Shown piece by piece: positions 38,930-50,290 of a stretch of DNA of 64,000 nucleotides. The stretch's first letter is position 1. Each line of letters starts with the position of its first letter. The position numbers and the translations under genes are program-made. The DNA lies in assembly GCF_004010195.1 (NCBI RefSeq), contig NC_057724.1, positions 25,367,788 to 25,431,787 on the forward strand, read 5' to 3'. The stretch is from Chiloscyllium plagiosum. Taxonomy: Eukaryota. A model generated the notes under the pieces. That model did not search any database and was not told the DNA's origin. It saw nothing but the letters and a program-made list of their open reading frames with translations.

Positions 38930-41900
38930 TCAGTACAATACAGGCCCTTCAGCTTGTTGTGCCAAGCATTTATCTTAATCTAAGATTAACCTAACCTACA
39001 CACCCCTCAATTTACTGCTGTCCATGTGCTTGTCCAGTAGTTGCTTAAATGTCCCTAATGTATCTGACTCTACTATCACTGTTGGCAGTGCATTCCATGC
39101 GCCCACTACTCTCTGCGTAAAGAATCAACCACTGACATCTCCCCAAACTTTCCTCCAATCACCTCAAAATTATGACCCCATGTGACAGCCATTTCTGCCC
39201 TGGGGAGAAGTCTCTGGCTACCTACTCTATCTATGCCTCTCATTACCTTGTACACCTCGATGAAGTCACTTCTCTTCCTTCTTCTCTCTAGTGTAAAAAG
39301 CCCTAGCTCAGTCAACCTCTCTTTATAAGACAAGCTCTCCAATCCAGGCAGCATCCTGGTAAATCTACTCTGCACCTTCTCTACAGCATTTATATTCTTA
39401 CTATAATGAGGCGACCAGAACTATTCACAATATTCCAAGTGTGTTCTAACCAGGGTTTTATAGAGCTGCAGCAAAACCTTGTGGCTCTTAAACTCAGTTC
39501 CCATATTAATGAAAGCCAAATCACTATACGCCTTCTTAACAACCTTATCAATTTGGGTAGCAACTTTGAGGGATCTATGTACATGGACCCCAAGATCCTG
39601 CTGTTCCTCCACACTGCCAAGAATCCTGTCTTGAACCCTGTATTCAGCATTCAAATTTGATCTTTCAAAATGAATCACTTTGCATTTATCCAGGTTGAAC
39701 TCCATTTGTCACTTCTCAGCTGAGTTCTGCATCCTGTCGATGTCTTGTAGCCTGCAACAGCTCTTGACACTATCTACAGCACCTTTGTGTAATCAGCAAA
39801 CTTACTAACCCACCCTTCCATTTCTTCATCCAAGTCATTTATAAAAACTACAAAGAGCAGAGATCCAAGAACAGATCCTTGCAGGACATCACTTGCCACC
39901 TGCCTCCAGGCAGAATACCTTTCATCTGCTACCACTTCTTCTTGCGGTCAGCCAATTCTGGATCCAGACAGAAATTTCCCTGTACCCCATACCTCTTAAC
40001 TTTCTGAATGAGCCGACCATGGGGAACCTTATCAAATGCCTTACTGAAATCTATATACACCACATCCACTTCTTGACCTTCGTCAACTTGTCTCATCACA
40101 TCCTCAAAATTCAATAAGGCTTGTGAGGCATGACCAGCTCTTCACAAAGCCTCGCTGACTATCTTTAACCAAACTATGTTTCTCCAAATTGTCATAATTT
40201 CTATCTTTCTGAATCCTTTCCAGTGCCTTGCTTATCACAAGGTCTGTAATTCCCAGGGATTTCTCTATTCCCTTTCTTGAACAGAGGAACAACATTTGCC
40301 TCCTTCCAATCATCCGGTACTACTCCCATGGAAAGTGAGATCATCACCAGAGGCACAGCAATCTCATTTCTTGCTTCTTATTGTAACCTTGGATATATCT
40401 GGTCTGGCCCTGGTGACTTATCTATCCTAATGCTTCCCAGAATTTCCTGCACATCCACTTTCTTAATATCAATCTGTTCAAGCCTATTAACCTTGGTGTT
40501 CTCACGATCAACAAGGTCCCTCTCTCTCATGAGTACTGAAACAAAAAAATAATTTAGGGCCTCCCCTACCTCTTCAGACTCCAGACACAAGTTCCCTCCA
40601 CTATCCCTGATTGACCCGATCTTCTCTCTGATCATTCTCTTATTCCTCACATAAGTACAGAACGCCTTTGGGTTTTCCCTAATCCTTCCTGCCAAGGCTT
40701 TTTCATGCCCCCTCCTAGCTCTCCTCAGTCCATTTTGAGTTATTTCCTAGCTACCCTGCAATCCTCTAAAACTGTGTGAGATCCTTGCTTCCTCCACTAG
40801 AAGAAAGCTTCCTTCTTCCTCTTGACAAGAAGCTGCTCTTCTCTAGTCATCCAAGGCTCCTTCACCTTACCACTCCTTACCTGTCTCAGTGGGACAAAGT
40901 TATCCAACACTCACAACAAGTGCCCCTTAAACAGCCTTCGCACTTCTGTTATGCATTTCCTGTAGAACAATTGGTCTCAATTTATACTCCACAGCTCCTG
41001 TCTAATAGCAGGATAATTTCCCCTCCCCCAATTAAATATCTTCCCACACTGTCTGCTCCTATCCATCTCCATTGCTATGGTAAAAGTGAGGTAGTTGTGG
41101 CCACTGTCACCAAAATGCTCTCCCACCAAGAGATCTGACACCTGGCCTGGCTCGTTGCAGTGCACTAAATCCAACATGGCCTTCCTCCAGGCGGCTTATC
41201 TACATATTGAGTCAGGAATCCTTTCTGGACACACCTGACAAAATCGGCTCCAACCAGACCATCTGCTCTAAGGAGGTTCTAATCAATAATGGGGACATTG
41301 AAGTCACCCATAAATACATCTACACCTTTCCAAGATCTGATGTCTAATCTGCTGCTATTGGGGGCAGCGCGGTGGCACAGTGGTTAGCACTGCTGCCTCA
41401 CAATGCCAGAGACCTGGGTTCAATTCCCGCCTAGGCAACTGTCAGGCAAACTCCACATTCTCCCCGTGTCTGCGGGGGTTTCCTCCGGGTGCTCTGGTTT
41501 CCCCCCACAGTCCAAAATTATGCAGGTTAGGTGAATTGGCCATGCTAAATTGCCCGTAGTGTTAGCTGAAGGGGTAAATGTAGGGGAATGGGTCTGGGTG
41601 GGTTGCTCTTCAGAGGGTCGGTGTGGACTTGTTGGGCCAAAGGGCCTGTTTCCACACTGTAAGTAATCTAATAAAGAAAACAAAAAGTGACTGCTCCTGT
41701 TACTGACTTCCATTCATACTGACTCAGTAGACAAGCCCTCTTCAACCACCTCCTTTTCTAAAGCTGTGATGCACTCTTCAATTACCAATGCTTCTCCCCC
41801 ACCTCTTTTACACCCTTTCCTGTTCATTTTAAGAGATCTAAATCCTGAAACATCCAGCAACCATTCCTGTCCCTGTGAAATCCACATCTCCATTATGGCC

Positions 41901-42203
41901 ACAAAATCATAGTTCCAAGTTCTGATACATGCTCTAAGTTCATCACTCTTATTCCTGACACTCCTTGCATTGAGATATAAACACTTTAATCCATCCTTTG
42001 CCCTATCAACTGTGTATCCTCCCTGACAGACTCTCTGCATTCTATTTCTGACCTCTTAACAGCTACCCTCTCCTCTGATATATACCTCTGGTTCCTATCC
42101 CCCTGCCAAATTAGTTTAAACTCTCCCGAAGTGCTTTTGCAAATCTCCCACCCAGGGCATTGGTGCCCCTCCAGTTTAAGTGCAAACCATCCTTCATGTA
42201 CAG
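38930..42203 (-). mobile_element. Long CR1/HER1 LINE: end of ORF1 and decayed ORF2 (APE endonuclease, RT) to 3' UTR
   Basis: ORF1 LYMKDGLHLNWRGTNALGGRF; ORF2 [54 protein letters not shown]. Confidence 0.95.
41361..41672 (+). mobile_element. HE1 SINE nested in the CR1
   Basis: Full head, V-domain and tail. Confidence 0.92.
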
Positions 42204-42853
42204 GCTTACTGCATCATATTTCGTGGAGTAATTCTCACCATGAGGCCAAGTGAGTTATCTTGCTGACTATTACCAAATGTGTTACCTTGTTTGCTGTCGT
42301 TGCCTCAGTGGTGAGTATCACTTCCAATTTGTGCACCATTTCTGTAACAACTCAGCAGAGATCCTAGAATTGATCAATGTCCCTGCTGTTGGTGCCATAT
42401 TTCAAATGGTCATTGTGATCTAGACAAGCGCAGTCAGTTCAGTGCTGACCTACATGGTTCTTGACATTTGCACTGGTCTTGGGGGCATGGGGAAATCAAT
42501 ATCCCACTTTCCGGGCCCTGTTACCATCTTTTCTCCAATATCTCACACTCACTCTCTTTGTTACTATACTGATGTCCTACCAAGATACTGAAGCAGTCCA
42601 TGCCCAAACGTAGCAAGACCAGAATAATATCTGGGCTTGTGCTGACAAGTGGCAAGTAATATTCTCGCCGCCACAGGTTCCAGGCAATGACCATCTCCAA
42701 AAAAGAGAGAGTCTAACAATCAACCCCAGACATTTAATGACATCACCATCACTGAATGCCCCAATGTCAACATCCTGGAGCTTATCATTTATCAGAAACT
42801 GATCTGGGTTAAATTTGCAAGTACTGTGGTTACAAGAGTAAGTCAGAAGCTAC

Positions 42854-42985
42854 GAGGAGAAAGTAAGGACTGTAGATGCTGGAGATCAGAGCTGAAAATG
42901 TGTTGCTGGAAAAGCGCAGCAGGTCAGGCAGCATCCAAGGAACAGGAGAATCGACGTTTCGAGCATAAGCCCTTCTTCAGGAATG
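42854..42985 (-). mobile_element. Single-arm PLE pLTR (family A) with intact hammerhead core
   Basis: Minus strand TTC-CTGAAGA-A-GGGC-TTAT-GCTC-GAAA-CG-TC-GATT; absent from the right arm of the inverted duplication. Confidence 0.85.
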
Positions 42986-43309
42986 ACATGTAGTTAGTAT
43001 ATCATCTTCCAAATGTCCACTGAGCCAGTTCACCATCTATAAGTCATAAATAACATTCTTCACTTACCTGGATGAATGAGATCCATGAACATTCCAGAAG
43101 CTAGATACCTCTTAGGACAAATCAATACAGTTGATTGGTCCCACATCTCTCCTTGATCCAATACTGCTCAGTAGCAACAGTGTGTATTTTTACAAGATGC
43201 ACTCAAGAAATTCACTCGAACCTCTTATCAGCACCAGCCAAATCCAAGACAACTTGCATTTAAAAGGAGAAGAGCAGCAGATGCAAACAAACATTACCAT
43301 TTGCAAGCT

Positions 43310-43362
43310 TGTTGTGCCGAAGAGCCTGTTTCCACACTGTAGGGAATCTAATCTAATCTAAA
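43310..43362 (+). mobile_element. HE1 SINE tail scrap at the inner end of the left arm
   Basis: GCCGAAGAGCCTGTTTCCACACTGTAGGG(AATCT)n. Confidence 0.8.
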
Positions 43363-43506
43363 TGAAGGCTCTATTAGTTTAGTTTGTTTTCCCTTTTGAT
43401 GGTTGTAAATAAATGCTTATGTTTGGAATTGTCCAATTACGTAACTTTCATCATACTTGTGTATGATATTTCCCTACTGGACATTATTGGGCTGTAGTAG
43501 CGGTGA

Positions 43507-43707
43507 GCTGAAAATGTGTTGCTGGAAAAGCACAGCAGGTCAGGCAGCATCCAAGGAACAGGAGAATCGACGCTTCGGGCATAAGCCCTTCCCGAAACAT
43601 CGATTCTCCTGTTCCTTGGATGCTGCCTGACCTGCTGCGCTGCCTGACCTGCTGCGCTTTTCCAGCAACACATTTTCAGCTCTGATCTCCAGCATCTGCT
43701 TTCTCCG
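43507..43707. mobile_element. Fold-back PLE pLTR (family A) with 13-bp TSD
   Basis: Inverted arms joined inside hammerhead stem II; TSD GTAGTAGCGGTGA at 43494-43506 and 43708-43720. Confidence 0.88.
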
Positions 43708-43849
43708 GTAGTAGCGGTGACCTAGACAGCGTGTGTAGATGTGAGAAGGTACGGAGAAGTGAAGTATGTGCTCCGCTGGTTAAACAGTGACTAGGGTAAG
43801 GCAATGGGGTTATGTCTGAGGGAGTGTCACTGTATGTGCCATGAGCAGT

Positions 43850-44170
43850 GTGGCGTTTTGGCTGCTGTCCCATTACACTGCCAGTGAGGTGCAATGCCAG
43901 ATTGCCAGTGCTTGTCCAGGTGCACAGCAGTCTTTCAAAAATAGTGCAGGTGCCAAGGATGTCTATCTTTCAGCGGATCTCTCCAGGGACAGTGCTTGGT
44001 GAGATTGGTCTGATGTCAGACATGAGGACTGCTGTTGGGGCCACGCGGGTAGTTAGTGAGGTGCATTTGGTAAGATATGGTGTGAAATCACAGTAAACCT
44101 CCAGGCAAGGATCTCTCTGAGTAAACACAGTGCAACTCATACTTTGCCAAATAAATGGAAGATTCAGTCC
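43850..44170. mobile_element. Harbinger-type element end fragment
   Basis: Subterminal motif TTAGTGAGGTGCATTTGGTAAGATATGG at 44053; TIR-like GGAAGATTCAGTCC at 44157-44170. Confidence 0.55.
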
Positions 44171-44784
44171 AGAAGGAAATGTCACACACCTTGTTTCGAA
44201 TAGCTTATGGTACTGACAGCCTGTTGAGCTAAGAATCCTTATGAGCACATTGAACACATTGAGCACAAACTTACCCTCACCTCAATTGAAAAGCCCATAA
44301 GGTGGTCCTTCATCTCTTAGCATTTTCTTAAATTCAAAATGCAGTGATGCAACTTAATGTATATTGCTTGTGAACAATTTAAATAATTCTAATCAATATT
44401 CTAAGTAGTCTGTATATCTCTGGGAGATAATCCTTTAAACCTGACCTAATCAATAATATAGTGTTAATTAAAATTACTTCTAAACTATAGGAAAAATACC
44501 TCTAATGTTCATCTTCAGGTTTGTGAACAGTAAATTAATTAACAGTCAAAGGTATCAGAGTCCATTTCTCCTTGATAAACCTCTTTTCAAATTTGTTTCC
44601 ATTTCAAAGATAATGGTCAGAAACTTCTGGGAATGTGAATATCTGGTTATGGTGAAATGTATGGCAGAATCAGGCGAGATGATTGATGAGGCCCAGCTTA
44701 ATATTGAGATAATTTTGCCACATCTTCTTTGCTTTTCTGGAGCAGCACACAGGCTTCGTGTTCAGCGATGATGAATTGTATTTT

Positions 44785-45600
44785 AAATCCATTTGTGAGA
44801 TGTGGGTATAGCTGGCGGGGCCAGTATTTATTCCCCATCCCCTGTTAGCCTCGGGACAGTGGCTGCAAGCTGCTTTCTTGAACTGCAGCTTCTGCCTTGT
44901 TGTAGATCCAGCCACAATGCCATTAAGGAGGGAGCTCCAGGATTTTGATCCAGCGACATTGGAAGAACAGCAATATATTTCCAAGTCAGGAGGGTGAGTG
45001 GCTGGGAGGGGAGCTTGCAAGTGGTAATGTTTGTTTGCATATGCTGCTTTTCTCTTTTTAGATGCAAGTTGTCTTGAATTTGGCTGGTGCTGATAAGGAG
45101 TTCTGGTGAATTTCTTGAGTGCATCATGTAAATAATACACACTGCTGCTACTGAGCACTATTGGATCAAGGAGTGATGTGGGACGAATTAAATGCATTGA
45201 TTTGTCCTGAAATATATCCAGCTTCTGGAATGTTCATGGATCTCATTCATCCAGGTAAGTGAAGAATGTTATTTATGACTTGTAGATGGTGGACTGGCTC
45301 TGTGGGCACTTGGAAAATGATATACTAACTACATGTTTTGTAGCTTCTGACTTACTCTTGTAACCACAGTGCTTGCAGATTTAACCCAGGTCAGTTTCTG
45401 ATAAATGATAAGCAGAATGTTGACATTGGGAGATACAGTGATGGTGATGCCATTAAATGTCTGGGGTTGATTGTTAGACTCTCTTTTTTGGAGATGGTCA
45501 TTGCCTGGAACCTGCGGCATGGAGAATATTACTTGCCAGCCCAAACCCAGATATTATCCAGGTCTTGCTACGTTTGGGCATGGACTGCTTCAGTATCTTG
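44785..45600 (-). mobile_element. LINE 3' part (second CR1/L2-group family) with complete 3' UTR
   Basis: GWQVIFS...PGNDHLQK; KSWSSLLNGIV; tail GGGATGGGGAATAAATACTGGCC. Confidence 0.8.
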
Positions 45601-45659
45601 GTAGGATGTTAGTATAGTAACAAAGAGAGTGAGTGTGAGGTATTGAAGAGAAGATGTTA

Positions 45660-45999
45660 ACAGGACCCGGAAAGTGGGATACTGATTTCCTCCTGCCCCT
45701 AAGACCAGTGCAAATGTCAGGAACCATGTAGGTCAGCACTGAACTGACTGCGCTTGTCTAGGTCACAATGACCGTTTGAAGTATGGCACCAACAGCAGGG
45801 ACATTGATCAATTCTAGGATCTCTGTTGAGTTGTTCCAGAAAAGGTGCACAAATTGGAAGTGATACTCACCACTGAGGCAACGACAGCAATCAAGGTAAC
45901 ACATTTGGTAATATTCAGCAAGATAACTCACTTGGCCTCATGGTGAGAATCACTCCACGAAATATAATGCAGTAAGCTAAAGGCCATACAATTCAGTCC
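45660..45999. mobile_element. Harbinger-type element end fragment
   Basis: Motif CATTTGGTAATATTCAGCAAGATAACTCAC at about 45900; TIR-like TACAATTCAGTCC at 45987-45999. Confidence 0.45.
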
Positions 46000-47530
46000 A
46001 AAAGGTGGGAGCCAGGAAGTAAATAGGTAAGTCAAGGATTTTAAAAATTAGATTTCAGAGGAAGACATAAAGTAGTTAGATTTAATCAGAAAACTAAAAA
46101 CAATGAAAATGGAAATTGAAAACAGCATAAGCAGAACTACATTTTTGCTATATTTTAGCATATTTGTATAGTGTGGGGACTAATATAGGAAACATAAATC
46201 AAAACCCAAATATGAGCGTTGATTTATAAGTTCAGATGACCTCATTAATATTCCATCTGTTGCTTATTGAACACCATCTGGCACACTCTATTCTTGCTGC
46301 CTCTAGGCCCACACATTTACATTTGGCCAGTCACGTTGAGTCTCACTATTTTGAAGTGAGATGAAATCATAATTTTCTTTTCAAATTGTATTCTATTTTG
46401 ATTCCTGTTGCAGTGAAAAATAAATATGTCTAAATGTCCAAAATGGCTTTGCCATGCCTTATCTTTGTCATGTTATCACTTCAACCAAAACTTCAATCAT
46501 ATCATGTTCCCAGTATTGACGCCTGTACATGGTATGAATGGATCAGGACAGAGTGAAACTCAAACACAGTTACTCAGAGTATCCCAGTTAAAGCAGCATT
46601 GGGTATGAGTGACTGATTTGCTTTAATAAAGGTCAATGGCTTCTGTAGGTCAGGATTTTGGAAGGAAGCCTTTTTAAAAAAAAAACCCTCAGATTCTTAC
46701 TTCCAATCCCTATAATCTTTTGTGATCTCGCAACTGCACCATGCATGTACACTTTGGGTCTGACTTATTTCTGGTGCATTGTGACTGACAGCACTTAAAT
46801 ATAATACAGGTTGCTGAACATGGGAGTGAAAGGATCAACACTTGTTTGCATGTAATTAGCACCATCCATTGTGACAACATCACTGTTTGCACCTCACTGG
46901 AATAGTGGACAGGATACAAAGCCTCCTTGTTACTAAGAGTTATCTTAAAAATAGAAAAAATCTCCAATTTAGCCACTAATTTTGGAATCAAATAGATCCA
47001 GGCTTGAAGAAATAATGTGCCATGTTTCTGTGGTTAAAAAGAACCATGATATATTACAAATGAATACACTCAGGTAAACAACTAACAACTAATGGTTATA
47101 ACTACTAGTTATAACTCTTAAGTCCTTTATAAATACACATGTACAGACATTCTGGTTTTATGGGTATAGAGAAAAAAAATTGGGAAAGTGATTCATTGGT
47201 CCCAGTTCAATGGGTTCACTGAGATAAACAATCTCTATGTCAGATTCTTCTGTTCTTCAATCTCCGCCCTCGAGGGTCTTTTCACTTCTTCAGAGGAGGC
47301 ACACTTACATGGACTGCAAAGTTTCTTAGTTACTGTGGAAAGACCATATGTTAGAGACACTAGAGAGCAAACATAAACTGGCTTTCTTTAGGATTTAGGC
47401 ATTTTATTGGAGAGGAACACCATTTGCCCTTGTAAAGAGCTTTTGCAAGTTTAATGTGTACCCACAAGCTGCTCAGCTCCACATAAACCAATTAGACATT
47501 TGTTCTCAGGCTGATGGGGTTTGTCATCCC

Positions 47531-48525
47531 TAAGACCATAAGATGTAGGGACTGAATTAGGCCATTCGGACCCATCAATTCAGGTCTGCCATTCAATTAT
47601 GGCTGATATTTTTCTCAACCCCATTGTTCTGCCTTTCCTCCATAATCTCTCTCTGACTAAATACACTCAAAGGCTTGACCTCCACAGCCTTCTGTGGCAA
47701 TGAGTTCCGCAGATTCACTACTCTCTGGTTGAAGAAATTCCTCTTCATTACATGTTCTAAAGGGTATCCTTTCACTCTGAGTCCATGTTGTCAATTCCTA
47801 GTCCCTCCTACTAATGAGAACATCTTCATCACATTGACTCTGTTCAGGTCTCTCAGTATTCTGTAACATTCAATGATATTCCTCCCCCCCCCACCTACCT
47901 ATCACATCCTTCTAAACTCCAGGGCGGCATGGTGGCTCAGTGGTGAGCGCTGCTGTGAGGCAGCAGCAGGGTCCCAGGTTCGATTCCAGCCTCGGGTGAC
48001 TGTCTATGTGGAGTTTGCACATTCTCCCCGTGTCTGCGTGAGTTTCCTCCGGGTACTCCGGTTTCTTCCCACAGTCACAAAGATGTGCAGGCCAGGTGAA
48101 TTGGCTATGCTAGATTGCCCATAGTGTTAGGTGCATTAGTCAGAGGGAGGTGGGTTACTCTTTGGAGGGTCGGTGTGGACAGGTTGAGCCGGAGGGCCTG
48201 TTTCTGCACTGTAGGTAATCTAATTCTTCAAACACAGACTCAGTGTCCTCAACCTCTCCTCATATGATAAGCCTGTCATCCCCTATTCTTCTTGCAGACC
48301 TCTTCTGGACTTCCTCCAAGACCTATACATTCTTCCTTAGATATGTGGCCCAATGCTGCTCACAATATTCCAAATGTGGTCTGACCAGATTCAGGATTCT
48401 ATTAAGGTTAGCATGCAGGTTCAGTTGGCAGTGAGTAGAGCAAATGCAATGTTACCACTCATTTCAACAGGACTAGAATAGAAGAGCAGAGATGTACTGC
48501 TGAGACTGTATAAGTCTGGTCAGAC
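47531..48525 (-). mobile_element. CR1 3' part with an inverted 5' segment (48390-48525)
   Basis: KRNFFNQRVVNLRNSLPQKAVE on the minus strand; the adjoining upstream CR1 segment lies on the plus strand. Confidence 0.85.
47922..48225 (+). mobile_element. HE1 SINE nested in the CR1
   Basis: GGGCGGCATGGTGGCTCAGTGG head, V-domain, tail. Confidence 0.9.
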
Positions 48526-49139
48526 ATTATTAGGCTATTACTATTGCAAAACATCAAATATTTTACATTGTCCAAAGCACATTGCCGTTCTTTAAAATAA
48601 AATGGCATTCTTAAAACTATTTATTTTGTAAAGCTGCATTTTACAAATTGATAATTTAACTCCCAAATGTGGTGTGGATGGATTGATGAAGTGAGCTTTG
48701 TGTAAAGCATTGGCACAACTAGGAATGTCACATTTCAGAAACAAAATCAATGAACCTTATTAACCAATCTGCTGTCTTAATGGGATGCTGTTTGCTTGCC
48801 ATTTTATATGTTATGCAGCTGTCAAGCAATAGAGTAGCTAAATGGATATTTCATTCTATAATCAAATATTGTCTGATCAATAAAAACTCTGAAAAGTCAC
48901 GGGGTTAACACTTCAATTTTCAGAATGTTTGTCTTTTGAAGTAGACAAATCAGCTGGAGGGCCAACTATTAAGTGATTAATCATGTTTCAACTCCAACTC
49001 ATGCATGTTGCACAGACATTTGTTTTACTTTTGTACAAACAACATAATTCCATCCATCTGTAAGGGGTAACTTGGATATGATATGAGTTAACCTGTAAAT
49101 CCAAATGAATGTCCAGCCAAGATAACATTGTTAATGTTA

Positions 49140-50290
49140 TAAAGATGACGGCAGTGGAGTAGCAGCTTTTAGACTACGAAGCTTGGGGCTTGTCCACTTT
49201 CGACTGCTTTTCTTTTCTTTCACTTTTTTCACTTTTGCTTTCCTTTTTCTTAAAGTCTTTTCTCTTACCTTTTACGCCTCAGCGACAGTAGTGTGCCCTG
49301 CATTGGATGGTGGAAGAAGATGGCGGCGCTGGCCTGGAGAGCAGTGAGGCCAAGCAAATGGTGAAGGTGAAGGTGTTTGGTGGCGGCAGCAGCACGGTCA
49401 GGATGAGGCAAACACAGCTCCGCCACAGCCAGAAATCTCTGGGGAAGGAGCAGCTCCCAGGCTTAAAGCCCCAGTCCAGACTTGCAGGCTGAGCCAAAAT
49501 TCTAGGCAGGAGTGCGGCTAAGGATGGGGTGGTCTGGTGGTGAACGGAGCAAGGTTGATCCAGCCAACAGCTGCATCGGCGACGTCAGCCCGGCATGAAC
49601 ACATGGTGGTGATGTTGGTGGAGACAAGATGGCGCCAGAGAGTGGCGACTCTTTGTTCCAGCGGTAGCGGTGTGGTAAAGCCCTGTTGCAGCAGTGCCGA
49701 CTGTTAGCTGCAGGGACTCAAAGAATCAGGGTAGAGGACCCCGGATCCAGACACACGGCAGAGCTAGAAGTGGGAGCTGTTGCAAAGGTCACCCACCTTT
49801 ATTGAGATAAAGCCAAAAATGAACATAGAACATAGAACATTACAGCGCAGTATAGGCCCTTTGGCCCTCGATGTTGCACTGCCCTGTCATACTAATCTGA
49901 AGCCCATCCCACCTACACTATTCCATGTACGTTCATTTGCCTGTCCAATGACGACTTAAATGCACTTAAACTTGGCGAATCTATTACCGATGCAGGCAAA
50001 GCATTCCATACCCTTACTACTCTCTGAGTAAAGAAACTACCTCTGACATCTGTCTTATACCTATCTCCCCTCACTTTAAAGTTGTGTCCCCTCGTGTTTG
50101 CCGTCCCCATATTTGGAAAAAGGCTCTCCCTGTCCACCCTATCTAACCCTCTGATTATCTTGTATGTTTAGGGTTTTATTTTTTCTGGCTGCATATTCTG
50201 TGTTATGGTTTATTTTCTATCTTTTAAGATGGCAGCACCAAACAGCATTGTATTTGGAACAAATACACATGACAATAAATCAATCAATCG
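49140..50290 (+). mobile_element. GC-rich non-autonomous retroposon with a Rex1/Babar-like tail, interrupted by CR1
   Basis: Starts AAGATGACGGCAGTGGAGTAG, repeated AAGATGGCG motifs, ends CACATGACAATAAA(TCAA)n. Confidence 0.5.
49821..50168 (-). mobile_element. Young CR1/HER1 3' end
   Basis: TRGHNFKVRGDRYKTDVRGSFFTQRVVRVWNALP; (AACATAG)n tail. Confidence 0.92.

Larger units (their letters stand above)
42204..45977. repeat. Large inverted duplication: arms 42204-43309 and 45012-45977, spacer about 1.7 kb
   Basis: About 970 bp of continuous reverse-complement alignment, roughly 90% by eye; the left arm has an extra 132-bp insertion. Confidence 0.95.
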
